Assembly (NCBI GenBank): GCA_951406725.2 | Contig: OX597817.1 | Location: 34,410,001-34,474,000 of the forward strand | Direction of reading: 5' to 3' | From: Octopus vulgaris | Lineage: Eukaryota | DNA: 64,000 nucleotides | Shown here: positions 38,201 through 52,426 of the stretch, piece by piece | Position numbering within the stretch: the stretch's first letter is position 1 | How the letters are laid out: every line of letters starts with the position of its first letter | Translations under genes and position numbers: made by a program | The notes under the pieces: generated by a model | Database searches by the model: none | The model's input: only the letters and a program-made list of their open reading frames with translations | Told to the model about the DNA's origin: nothing

Positions 38201-41043
38201 ATTTTTATCTTTTATCAAAGTCTTTGCAATAAGTTTTATGTTTCATCACAAGATTGAGTTGACTAAATAGTTCTTTTGTTGAAACATTTTTCCAATAATT
38301 GGATGATTTTTTTTTTTGCAGAGCGTTGTAAAAGTCTGCTTCCATGAACGTCGTTTACAGTACATGGAGAAGGAACAATTAGAATTATGGCGCCTAACCC
38401 GACCAGGTGAACGTTTATTAGATATTGGTGAGTTCATTTATTACAAATTTTGTACAAATGACCACATTGTCTCTCTCTCTTGTGCCATTCCATATTCATG
38501 CCTTTGACGAATCATGGCTTGTTTCTCCCCCATTTATTTCTGTCTCTCACAACATCACTCAGGTCTTTCTTGCTCTGCATGTTCAATCTCTTCTTCATCC
38601 AGTCAAACATCTTCATTCTCTGCCTTCCTCTCGCTCTCCTGTCCACCAGCTCAGTCTCCACCATGTAACACTCCATTCTGTCATCCTCTCTGAGAAAATG
38701 ACCAACAAATCTCCACTGTCTCTCTCTGATAGTATCCATCAACTGTCCCTTCACTTTCATCTTCTTCAACTCTTCCACATTTATCACATTGTGGAAGAAC
38801 CATTTATTAACACACAAAGCTGTGAAAATTCACTTGAAATTTAAATTTATTTCATGAGGTGTCATAATTTCTATTGCGCAACTGACATAATGCAACACAG
38901 TGTCAGTTAACCAAGTAGCAGTTGTATAAGGAAAATTTGAAACACCATGAAATAAATTTTAAGTGAACTTAAGTTTTAAGTTTCATTAAATAGCTCTTCC
39001 ATGTTATTTTTACTTCAGTTTCTACGTATAGTCTTAAACCAAGACTTTTGCTAGAAACGTTAGTGCGCCGGGTGAAATGCTTAGTGGTATTTCATCTGCC
39101 ATTACGTTCTGGGTTCAAATTCTAGCGAGGTTGACTTTGCCTTTCATCCTTTTGGGGTCGATAAATTAAGTACCAGTTATGCACTGGGGTCAATATAATC
39201 GACTTAATCTGTTTGTCTGTCCTTGTTTGTCCTCTCTGTGTTTAGCCCCTTGTGGATAGTAAAGAAATAGGTATTTTGTCTGCCCTTACGTTCTGAGTTC
39301 AAATTCCGCCAAGGTTGACTTTGCCTTTCATCCTTTTGGGGTCATTAAATTAAGTACCAGTTACGCAGTGGGATCGATGTAATCGACTTAATCCCTTTGT
39401 CTGTCCTTGTTTGTCCTCTATGTTTAGCCCCTTGTGGGCAGTAAAGAGATAAGACTTTTGCTAGACAAATACAACTCTGAAATTTGTACATAAAATTAAC
39501 TTTAATTTTTATTTGTTTCTGATCTTAAAGACATCTAAATTATTTTGCTATTCTGTTATTGTCACAATTATTTGGCAAGGGACATTATTTTACTTCCTTG
39601 AGACCAATTGCTTGTAATTACAATAGTACCTTAGTTTTTGAACAAGGTGTGAATCACCATTTTGGTTGATAGTTTAATTTTTTTATTGTGACCAACTCTA
39701 ACCCTACCCTTCTCCAACAGTTCATTTTTCAAATATTTGAATTTGCAGAACTATATCACCCATGCCAACATTTAAAAAAAAAAAAACGAAAATATTGGAC
39801 CATATTTTTAAAAATATCTTTTTTCTGTTTTATTCTAGATATCCCCTTATCATATGGTTTAATAGATGTTCGCTTAGATCCTAATAAGTTAAACGCAGCT
39901 GAGTTTATTTGGGATCCTACAAAAGAAACTGGAATATATATCAGAGTTCATTGTATTAGCACAGAATTCACCCCCAAAAAGCATGGTGGTGAAAAGGGGG
40001 TTCCATTTCGAATTCAAGTGGAATCTCATACTTCAGAGGATGGTGAAAGCAATTTACTTCATACTGCTTCATGTCAAGTTAAAGTGTTTAAGGTAAGAGT
40101 TAAATATTTTTCTTAATAGAAAACTTAATAGAAGTTTTTTTTCTAACCTCCAATACAATCATAACTTATATTGCTATTTTTGTATGGTTATAATAAGTCT
40201 TTTCATATGTAGAAGTTAGTGTTATTCAGAATATCAAGAATTGATACCAGCTAATAGGTTTGTTAGTTTATGTACACAATATTGTATTTACTGACTTTAT
40301 TTATCATCTTCTTCCTCATCATCCTTGCATTAGCATCCACTTTTCCATGCTCACAAGAGTATGATGGAATTTGTAAATCCAAGAATTTAAAGTTCTTTAA
40401 AGTAAATGTGTAATTTTTTGATACATTTGATTAAAATAGTTTTATTATTATTATTGTAGAACAAGTAGGAAGATAAATTTTATTCAACGCATAGATACTG
40501 AACAGAATACAATATAAAGGATAAAATCCTTTTTTTCTTTTTTAAAAGCAGAAAAATTTGTCGGCAGACAACCATGAGGTTTGAACTCCCATCCCTCCAA
40601 TATCCAGTTAGAATGCTTTACCATTTAAGCTAAACCGCCTGCTCACCAAATTCTTCTGCAATTTAAGAAGTTATAGAATTCTCCAAGAACGTTAGATGTC
40701 ATATAGGTTACGCCATATGTAAACAAACAAGTTTGTTTCAAAGCATTGAAATGTATTATTAGAATAAGTCATAAGATAGATTTTATTCAACGCATAGATA
40801 CTCAACAGTATAATTATATATATAATAATAATAATTATTATTATTATTATTATTATTGAAAGTGTTGAGCTGGCAGAATCATTAGCATTCTGAGTGAAAT
40901 GCTTAGTGGCATTATATTCTTAATTCAAATTCTGCCTTTCATCCTTTTGGAATTGATAAGGAATATACCAGTTGAGTACTGGAGTTGATTTGATCAACTT
41001 ACCCACTTCCCCGAAATTGCTGGCCTTGTGATAGAATTTGAAA

Positions 41044-41081
<38 letters not shown>

Positions 41082-41766
41082 AGGTCAACTTTGCCATTCA
41101 TCCTTTTGGGGTTAATAAACTAAGTACCAGTGAAACACTGGGGTCAATGTAATCGACTAGTCCCTGCCCCCAAATTTCAGGCCTCGTGCCTTTAGTAGAG
41201 AGGATTATTATTAATATTATTATTATTACGGCAGCGAGCTGGCAGAATCATTAGCATACCGGAACCGGATGAAATGCTCAGCGGTATTTTGTCTGTCGCT
41301 AATGTTCTGAGTTCAAATTCTGCTGAGGTCAACTTTGCATTTTATCCTTTCTGGGTCAATGAAATAAATACCAGTGGAACACTGGGGTTGACATAATCTA
41401 CAAGCCCCGCCCGCCCCCCCAAATTTCAAACCTTGTGCCTATAGTAGAAAGGATTATTATTATTGTTGTTATTGTTGTTATCCTTAGCCCAAAGGTGCTG
41501 ACAGAAAACACAAAACAGACCGAGAGAAGATGGAGAAACGATCAGAAGCAGAAAAAGTAAGGTTCTGTTTGTTATTTTCATTCTTAAACTTTATTAGTTT
41601 GCTTTGTATTTACCTTATTTTTAATTAATAGTTACTTTAGTAACGATATGTTTGTGACGTAACATTTAAATGTGAATGAAGTATTTGATTAGTTTTTAGT
41701 TTTGTTTTAACTTTTGCAAATTTTAAATGTCGATTGTTACTAATAACAATTTTATTTTATTGTGAT

Positions 41767-41797
<31 letters not shown>

Positions 41798-44700
41798 TTA
41801 ACCCTTTAGTGTTCAGATTATTCAATCAAACATAATGCTTATTGATTCCCATTGATTTGAATTAATCGTGCATTATCTCATATCTTCAAGATCTTGATGG
41901 TGTAATTACTTAATGTAGAATAACATTGTAGGGTAGGTGTGAGGGCCTGGATCTGGTCAGTTTGAACATAAAACAGATTAACTATTTTGGCCGGATATGG
42001 CCGGTTTAAATACTAAAGGGTTAATGTCCAGTTTTCTATGCTGACATGGGTTGGGCAGTCATTTGCGATTCGCTTTTGTTAAAAATGGTATAAAGGTTTC
42101 ATGTATATATCATCAACATCATTTAACATCCGCTTTCCATGCTAGCATGGATTGGACGATTTGACTGAGGACTGGCAAACCAGATGACTGCACCAGGCTC
42201 CAATCTGATCTGGCAGAGTTTCTACAGCTGGATACCCTTCCTAACGCTTACCACTCCGAGAGTATAGTGGGTGCTTTTATGTGCCACCGGCACGAGGGCC
42301 AGTCTGGCAGTACTGGCAACGGCCACACTTGAAATGGTTTTTTTTACGTGCCACCTGCACATCTTAATGAATATGTGACCAACTTTCTTATAGCCGATGG
42401 TATACTACCATCTGTAGAAAGGAATAAATGTGTGCAGATTTTAAAAGGTCTAGTATGACTTCATTAGACTAATATATTAATATGCTAATATATTTACAGT
42501 GGCAAGGTGGTGATCTGGCAGACACATTAGCATGCTGGGCGAAATACTTAGTGATATTTTGTCTGTCTTTACGTTCTGAGTTCAAATACAGCCGGGGTCG
42601 ACTTTGCCTTTCATCCTTTCATAGTTGATAAATTAAGTACCAGTTGCCTACTGGGGTCGATCTAATCGACTGCCTCCCTCCCTCAAAATTTCAGGCCTTG
42701 TGCCTAGAGTAGAAACGAATATATTTACAGTGGCATTCTTTTAAGTAGTTGGCATTAGGAAGGGCATCCAACCGTAGAAACCATGCCACAACAAACGACT
42801 GGAGTCTGGACAGCTTCCAGCTGGCTAGATCCATGTTAAACCGTCCACCCCATGCTAGCATGGAAAGTGGACGTTAAACAACAGTGATGATGATGATGCT
42901 TACAATCATTAAAAAGGTAATGAGCTGGCAGAATCATTAGCCCACCTGGCAAAATGTTTAATGGGATTCCACCTGAATTTGTGTTCTGAGTTCAGATACT
43001 GTTGAGATTTACTTTGTCTTTCATCCTCTTGAGGTCAGTAAAATACACACCAGTTGAGCACTAGGTTTGATTTAATCGACTTACACCCTGCCCTAAATTA
43101 CTGGCCTTGTGCCAGAATTTAAGATCAATATATTACAATCATTGAAGCTTTGTTTTTGTTATTCATTAAGTACCAGTAGTTTTTACAATGTCAAGATTTT
43201 TCACATTGTTGTTTAATTCCAGCTAAGACCTGATTGGTTAGACTTATTAAAAGCATTGTACTTATGATCCTGTCTCTTTTAGGAATATCTAGACCAGTGG
43301 TTTTCAACCAGGGTTCCGTGGAACCTTAGGGTTCCACCAGCACAGTCCAGGGGTTCCGCAAGAAGTTACAAAACTGCTAAAATCGGCAGTAATTTTTAAT
43401 TCTCCTGTGCAGATATGTGTGCATAAGACTATTAAATTATTGCACAGGGGTTCCTTGAGCCAGTGGAATGTTTCCTTGGGGTTCCGCTCCAGCAAAAAGT
43501 TTGAAAAGCACTGATCTAGACTGACATTATCTAACTTGTCCTTCTCTTTTTAAGTTGGCTAAGATGTTTGAGTGATTTATCTTTCTATTTCTAGGCAGGT
43601 TGGGCAAGCACTTAAAACTCCACATATATTTGTCTTCCATTGTGTAATATCCTTTTTAAAATCTCTTTTTAATGTTTGTTTTCCATGCTGGTATGGGTTG
43701 GACAGTGACAGGATCTGGTAAACTGCAGAGCTGCGCTGAGCATCAGCATCAGCTTTGGCAAGTTTTCTATAATACCCTTCATAATATTAACCGATTTAGT
43801 GTATACTGGGTACCACTAGCTCTAGTGACATTACTGAGTAACTTGCAAGATGGAAGAATGGGGATAAAGGGAAAAGAAAAAGACTCCTGCTACTAAGTGG
43901 AGAGGAGTATTTGATAGGGGGAGGTGGTCTTTATGCCAGGTTTTGAAAGGCTAAAATATGATATAAGGACCAGCACAGGTGTCTTGCTATAGAGATACAT
44001 GACCACTTCACATTACTAGGAGTGGATGGGAGTAGTTTGGAAGATGATGGTACTAGAGGGTACCATCTTCTACTAAGGTACCAAAGCAAACTGTCAGTAC
44101 AAGGAGGTGAACATAAGGGATCCAGACAATGGATTGGGGATGGAGAGAAGGTGGGTAGTTGTATGTGAGTATGAGTGGATACGGAAATCTTTATGGTTTT
44201 CTTCAATAGTATTTTCACTTAATTGGCAACTAATATATTTCAAAGTTAATTGTTTCTTTTGATTTGATTGCAGGAAAAATACCAGCCTTCCTATGAATGC
44301 ACAGTACTCACAGAGGTTAGCATTAAAATTTTTTTTTTTAACGTGTCACTAAAAATGTCCTTTTTTATAAAATCTACTTTGAATGCAACATAATTCACCT
44401 TGACTTTATTTGGGATAAAATTAATTTTTTCTATAAATAAAGTTCTTTTCTTTTAATGTTTACACCATATTTTAATTTAGCAATTATTAAATTGGGTGAG
44501 TAGCTGTTTGTGTTACAAGCCAATTGTTATGTCTTTAATTTAAAAAAAAAAAAAGTTTTCGAGAAAGAAAGATACTTGGGCATCATTTCTTTACTTAATT
44601 TCAGTACCTGTTTTTGATATCTAATAAGTATAAAATAGATGTTTTTTTTTTTTTACATTGCATATTTGGCTCATAAAAATTCTAGAATTTGTTAAGAAAT

Positions 44701-47700
44701 TTTACATGTAATATTCTTGCTGTCCTACCTTCTTTGTTATATATTTCAATTTATTCTGATATAATGCAAGACAACTACTTCAAAGGTGTTCAGTAATAGA
44801 CTTGAAATTATTCCATTATTGGTTTGTATTTTAATACATTTTTGACGGGTTTTGTTTTTAGTGAGGCAACTTTTCTCAAGTTTTTGCCAACACTATTTAG
44901 TATCTTTCTGTTGTTAAAATTTAAATTGACAGTTAATCATACAACAGAGACACAGCCCTATTATTATTCTCATTTCAGTCCAAAATTACAATTGTAAGTC
45001 CCATGAGTGGCTTGTTTTATTATCAATATATATATATATATAAAATGGTTTTTCTGATAATAAATTTTCTCTTCATTGGGTAATGAATGGAATTATTAGA
45101 AATTTTATAGCAATAGAAGCTAAGGCTTCTCTGTAACATTATTAAAGTATTCAATAATGATATTATCATAAAAATATTAGCATGCCAAAATGGTTATCCA
45201 CTTTAGGTTTCTCATTGGAGCCATTCCATTTGCTAATATTCATCTCTGATGAAAGGTAGCAAGCTGGCAGAACCATTACCATGCCAGACAAAATGCTTAC
45301 TGGCATTTCATCTGATTCTTTGTTCATATGCTGTTGAGGTTGACTTTGACTTTCATCCTTTTGGGGTCAATAAAAGATACTGGTTGAGCTCTGGGGGTAA
45401 TATAATCAATTCTCACCCCCAATTGTTTGCCTTCTAACAAAATTAGAATATTCTCGGCAAAAGAATGTGCATCATAAGATACATTATAGAATACTTTATA
45501 CATCTTGTGTCTATGTAATGAATTATTAATGATTGAATTCATTGAAGCCTGACTATATAATCCTTTATAAATGGTTTATAAAGGTTTTTAAAGCCTTTAA
45601 AAATGTTTTAAGAACTTTATCAACTTAGTTAATGATACATCAAACTTGTATGAATTTGTATAATGTGTAACAAACATGTTTTATATAGTTTCTGTATAGT
45701 TGTGTGTCAAACAAAATCTTTTGAGGAAACTTAACTATTTCCTTGGGGTAATCTTATACATCTGACTATTTCCATTGAGGAAAACATTACACACACAAAC
45801 ACTCTTTTGTCCTTCCTGCACATACTGCTGTTTTCTCATCTTTTCTTTTCGCTTAATATTAGTAGAATTAGATGAAATTTTTTTTCTTTAGGAATATGTA
45901 TTTTAGCAAGTGAACATTTTTCCATGTGACTATAAAATAGAACCAATATTGAAGCTAAGTCCACCAAGTCGTAAAATGAAATTATATTGTAGCTTAGGAT
46001 AAAATATTTTGCTTGTTATGACCTAGGAAAACTTTTGTATATAAACTTTGTTTTGTGTTCATAAAATATCCATTGAGAATTAATTTATAATTTCGATAAT
46101 AGTTACTTCTAAAAACTTTGGTGTTGAGCATTAGTACTGATCTAACTAGTTTATGGTGTATTTGTTTGAGTTTCTAAAAATTGTTGAGGGGGCCTAAGTT
46201 GAAATTAGAAGCTGTCAGAATGCCCTCATCATCAGTAGTTTAGAGTTTTAATTCAAGAGCAGAATAATGTTATAGTCTTTGAACATGTAAGTGCCTATAT
46301 CTTCTCAATTCAAAGATGGAGTAATTTATATACATCCTTATGGAAGACTGGGATACTGTTTTCTCAGTTGTGCGCCTCTGCCCAAAAGCATCAATCTCTG
46401 TGCCATGTCAATTCAAGAAAGATTTTTCTTTTTTAAATATTTATGGTGGTCAAAAAAGTCAGTTCAGTGGATTGTTGAAATGGTTTAATTTAGTGTCCTT
46501 ATATGGTACTATATGGTTCTGAATGAAAACCTTGTTGGAACTGACTCTTCCTCTCATCCTTGCAAGGTTAAACAGTAATTAAGTTACTGTTAAACAGTAA
46601 TTAAATTGGACTATAATATTTTGGACATAAGCGATTGCAATGACTATACCTAATCCAAGCATGTTTTGTTGTATTTCAGTTGTTTATTGTTCTGTGTCTA
46701 AGCACTGTTAGGTTTGACTGGCTTTTGTCTTCCTAGGGTTAAGATACATACCAGCAATCTACTGATTTTGATATAAACACCAATATCACTTCTATATCCC
46801 TTACAAAATGGTTTTTTTTTCTTTAGGCAGCCTTAGTACTTTATTTTGTCCTTTCCGTTGTGATATTTTATTTTAATCTTTTAATACATATTATTAGATT
46901 ACCTTGAATGTGGAAATACACATTAAAAAGTTAAAATTCATTGATAATTTAATATATATAATTTACATTGCATATTATATAACAAATATATTGTGTAACA
47001 TGGATTAAATATATTATATAAAAATATATATTATATTCTAATATATTTTATACAATATATATTTATATCTATATACACATGCACATACACAGTCTACTTC
47101 AAAATATGTTTGTTTGTTTGTTTGCTTTTTTTAAATATGCGTCAAAGTTGAACTTTGGAAATTTCTTGTAGGTCCCCTCTCGGAGGGTTCACGTCAAAAA
47201 AGAATATTTGTATACAGATATGAACAGCTCTGAGAATGGGGGGGAGGTAAGCAAATTTTGTAACTCACTATAATATATAATTATTATAATGACCATCAAA
47301 TTTATTTGAGACATTTCTTTTTGAATGAGTTAGCTTACCTCTTGTTTCCTTTCCTTTCATGCATACACATTCATCAATTGTATTTCCAACCTAACTAGCT
47401 GTTTTCCTCTATTTCCCATTATTTTATATTGCATATATCAGCCAGGAAGGGTTCATTCTGTTTACAATCTACTTAGAGAATACTAAAATCCAAATGGGTC
47501 TGGCCTCACTTGAGATTTTTTTTTTTTTTTGCTGTTCCTCTCTCATTCAACCAACACTTTACCAACACTTCCCTATTTTGTCACTATTTAAACATGGCTT
47601 TGTCATTTGTATTTTATATGATGAACCTTACATAGCAGATAATGAGCAGTCAGGTTTACAGCCTAATCTCCATTTTTGATTGAAACTAATTCACTCATGT

Positions 47701-50700
47701 CACTAATGTTTGAGGAAAAAACAGCTCCTTTATCTCTATATTACTAATCAGTTATTGGCAAATATTTATGATTATGGAAAAATATACTAGTTCCATTTTT
47801 TTATATACTTGCATTACATAGAATAATAATTTATAGATATTTATGATTCAGAAGATTAAAGATCTAATGCACTCACAATGAACTCATGACTCATACCTTA
47901 CAATTTGCTATCATCATTTAACTGTTTCAGAAAGAATTTGATGCAATGTGCAACTTTGTGTGGATTATGTTCTCTGACCCATATTTAATTTATTCTCACC
48001 CATGAAAAAACTTCAATTTCTATGCATTTTTATAATCTCTAAAAAAATCTGTATGCCATCAAAATTGTACAGATATTAGTTTCAAGGTCTAATTCTTAAT
48101 AGAAATATAGATTTCTCAAAGAATATATTTGCTTTATTGTATAAATATAAAAGATCAAAGAAACATATATATATGGCTTTATTCTGTTTATTAATACATT
48201 GTAGATTTATTCTGAAAGCTTCCATTAAAGCATACATCTATATCATTTTGGTTGTTTGTTACATATCATGAAATTCTAATGGAAGCACTATAAAAGCATT
48301 GTTCCTGAGAGGATCTTGCTAGATGTGCATTTTTTAAAATTGAAAATCAGCAATCTTTCCTAGTGTTAAAATATATTCCTAATATAGTTTCTTATACAGT
48401 AAATTTTGGAATTTCAGTACATTCTATTCACAGCTGTAGACACATGAAACAGCATGTTGTGATGTATTTATAAATAAATAAAATTAATAATGTAGGTTGG
48501 ATAGGGTATTTGTGTTTCCTGAAATTACCTTGGAACATTTATTAGAACGATGAAGATTTTGTTGGTTTTAATGATATTTTGATAAATGTTTGTCATTTTA
48601 TTCATTGAAAGTTGGAAATTGAAGCAAATTATTTTGTTTCTAAGAACAAAACTTTATTTCCAAAATGGTTGAAATCAGCTCCTTTATTTTGCATTGAAGA
48701 TACCATTTTAGACATGTCTTTGTCTCTTTTCTTTTAAAATCTTTAAAATAAATTTCCTATTAACTCTTCAACTTTGTTGTAATCAGTTTACCTTCATTCA
48801 TTTTAAATGTTTCATACTAATGTGAATGTTATTAAGTCCACTCATGGATTATTTTCTTAACATGTTAGCTAGCTGTCCTCTATGGGAATCAAATCTTCAA
48901 ATCTTATATAAAATATCTGGGGCTGGCATTGCTGGGAGATTGATCAGCATCATCTTTTATTTAAATATTTACTCAAGGGTGTGATTGATCGTGAAATGGC
49001 TGTATTTAAAGTGTGATGGCTTTATATGAAGTGTACGTTTAACCATTCCAGCATGAAAAAGTTGATGTCTTTTATTGAATGTTTACTATCTTGCCAATCC
49101 AGGAATTATCTTTTATATATTATACTGTACAACAGGAGAATGGTGATATCCATCAACTATGTTATGTGAATTAAAGATGCTAATTTAAATTGAGCTAAAG
49201 TAGCTGGTTAAAATGTTGAAAAGTGCAATGGAGATGTGATGAGATCTTGCTGGTAAATAAGAACTTGCTGGAAAAAAATTATAGGGTTACTTAAGAGAGA
49301 TGGATTTACATGAAATAGACAAGATTTAGAGAGAGTAAACAATATGAAAAGTGTTGCAGCTCCTTCTTTAATCATTATCATGACCAATTTATGTCTACTT
49401 TCCATGCTGTCATGAGCAGGGTGTGTTGTCATGTTCCAAGTCAGTTCTTAAAGTTACTGCCTTCCTAGATAGGTTAAAATGACCACATTTTGCTCATGTT
49501 TCATTTTTAGCTTATTTTCTATAGCTGGAAGCCCTTCTTATCACCATCCACTTTACAGTGTCTACTGGGTGCATTTTGTTGTAGCACTGGTGCTACAGAA
49601 GTTGACATGTCTTCAACAAAACTAAAGGGTCCTCTCAACCCTGTGTCATCTCCATTCATTTGCCAACCTCTGTACAGTGTGCTGGCAGTATTTTATTGCA
49701 GCACCAGCTCTAAGACTGTAAAGAGACATTAAAAATGTCAATAATAGTTCTGATTTAAATTTCAGTTTATATATTAAACTTCTAAAACCTGAAGCTATAG
49801 AGTAAAACAAATATTTTAGTTTTTTGATATTTATATATTGACATTTAAAATCTTCAGCTAATAAAAATTAAACTTGTTAGCACCCCTTCCATTTTTAGAA
49901 CTTTACACTCTGTCGATTTTAACAAGCCTTTGATTAATCTTCTACTTATTTTGATTTATTTTTTTGGCACACAGCCACTTTTCTCATTAACTTTTAATTC
50001 ACTAATTGAATACAAATTTATTCAATTTAATTTACCATTCTACATCTGCTATTAATTTTGATGAGTAGTATAGTGTATGAAATATCATTTAAAAAATGAT
50101 GAAATAACGAATGGAAATCAGAAAAATAAGATACTAAGGCATGTTAAAATCTTTCATATGCCAGATTAATTTTTGTTTAATGGGCTGGTTTAAATTTGAA
50201 ATCGGATCTATTAGTTTATAATATGACTGACATCAGAGAAGCAGACCTGCTCTAAGAGTCTTTGCTCCAATTACGTATGCTGTTTTAGAATTGATATTAA
50301 ACCTCTATAGTATCTGATACCAAGCTAATCAATCTGCTCTACTAATCAGGCTTTAAATGCAGATATGGTTATATTATGTTGCTATGGAATAATAATAATT
50401 TTGTATTGAATAATTCTTGAAAAGTTTTCAGATTAGCATTTAGTCTATATACAGCTGTGTGTTAAATTGTGTTCAACAAATTTGGTCTCTTTTCAACTTA
50501 TGTTCTTTGTTTTCATAACTGGAAATTGATTACCATTTCCACATTATGATAATGTGGCCTATATCATAGGAAAGTAAAGTCATCCAATTGTTGGTAATAC
50601 TGAGAAATCCTATCAAAAAGTGAAGATGCTTCAGTTTCTATCTATATATAGATACAGGATATATTGTAGCCATTCTTCTTGATTATTTATATTGCAATTA

Positions 50701-52383
50701 AGAGGTTCTGGGTATTCTGTTTTATTGGAAACTAAATTTCCATTTACAAAGAATTTATTATTCAAAATTTCAGCCAATATATATGAATATATTCTGATGT
50801 ATTGGATACTAAAATTTCATTCACAAGATAACATGATAATATATGAATTTATTCAGTTACAATCTCTTATTAATATCTCAAAGGCTAGTTCTTTCTGTTG
50901 CTTTAATATCTGGTACATGAGAGACTATTTAATGTGCATGCATATGTGTTTGATTAGACATAAAGTTTGGCAAGCCAAGTTTACAATCTGGTTTTAGTTT
51001 CCAGTTATAGCTGTTTCCCTTACCTTACATTGCTAATATCATGTGGAAAATCATGAAAGTCAGATTTTTATTTTCTTCCTTGATAAACTTAAGGCCTTGT
51101 GCCTCAATAAGGAATCTTCATTAATTTATTTATATGTATTACATTAATCCGTTGATGCTTGTCTTTTCTAACCTTTCAAATTTTTCTATCTCTTAACAGA
51201 TTCCTTTGGAGCAAATCATCAATGCCCAACTCAGCAGTTTTGCCTTAAGCCCCGATGCTTCATTCAGTAGTCTATCCAACAGTAGCACCTTGTCAGAAGT
51301 GAGGTTAGTCATTTGGTATATTTGCTGTAAACCTGTCATTGTTTTTAACTTCTGCACATTGTACTAACTTCCATTGATTGTGTTGGTAAATATATTTTAA
51401 AGCATTGTGTTTTCAAATATGTTATGTAATTAATGTTTTTAGCTATACCAATATCTTATAGTATGTTCAGCTCTGGATAATTTCTACCATATTGCACCAT
51501 TTTTTACTTGATTTTAACTGAAAAGGCTGGGGTGCAACTTATACATGGAACAAAACTGAATCCATTCATCTTCTCCATCCACTATTCCTGGGAGAGTCTT
51601 AAGGTATCTCCTCTACAGAGTCCTCTCAGCTGGATTTCCAAACATGACCAACCAAGACTATATATATATTCTTCCGGTCAATGCTTGGTATCTCGTTGAG
51701 AGAGCACATAAGTAGCAAGATCATCAGAAAGAAGTCCGGCGTGAGATATGTCATCGCAGAGTATACACACAGCAAGTATAGATGGGCTGGACGCGTCGCC
51801 TGGCTCACCGATAATCGGTGGACGCACGCAGTTGTCGAGTGGTACCCACGTGAGCGGAAAAGACCACTCGGAAGACCTCCACGACGGTGGAGTTACGATT
51901 TCAGGAGGACGATTGGGATCACGTAGATGAGAAAGGCGCGATCCAGAGAGGAGTGGACAGCGTGCTGTGACCAGCGGTGTCAAATGGACGCCTGACGGAC
52001 TGGTCGGTCAAGGTCATCATCATCATCATCATCATTTAGCGTCCACTTTCCATGCTAGCATGGGTTGGACGGGTCAACTGGGATCTGTGAAGCTGGAAGG
52101 CTTCGTCAGGCCCAGTCAGATCTGGCAGTGTTTCTACGGCTGGATGCCCTTCCTAATGCCAACCACTCTGCGAGTGTAGTGGGTGTTTTTCGCGGAGTGG
52201 TTGATATATATATATATATATATAAGGTGATATATATATAACATAAGGGACTAAAGCCATCTGAATATGGCTAGGGACAGGGCAGGGTGGTGGGGTGCCC
52301 TGTCCCTAGCCATATTCAGATGGCTTTAGTCCCTATGTTATCGAGCAGTTACTGTCTATATCCCTTTTAGAGAATTATTATTA

Positions 52384-52426
<43 letters not shown>

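Noticed and set aside
39688-39838. N-terminal part of the 142-aa ORF
   Set aside because: Intronic; homology begins at the acceptor at 39839.
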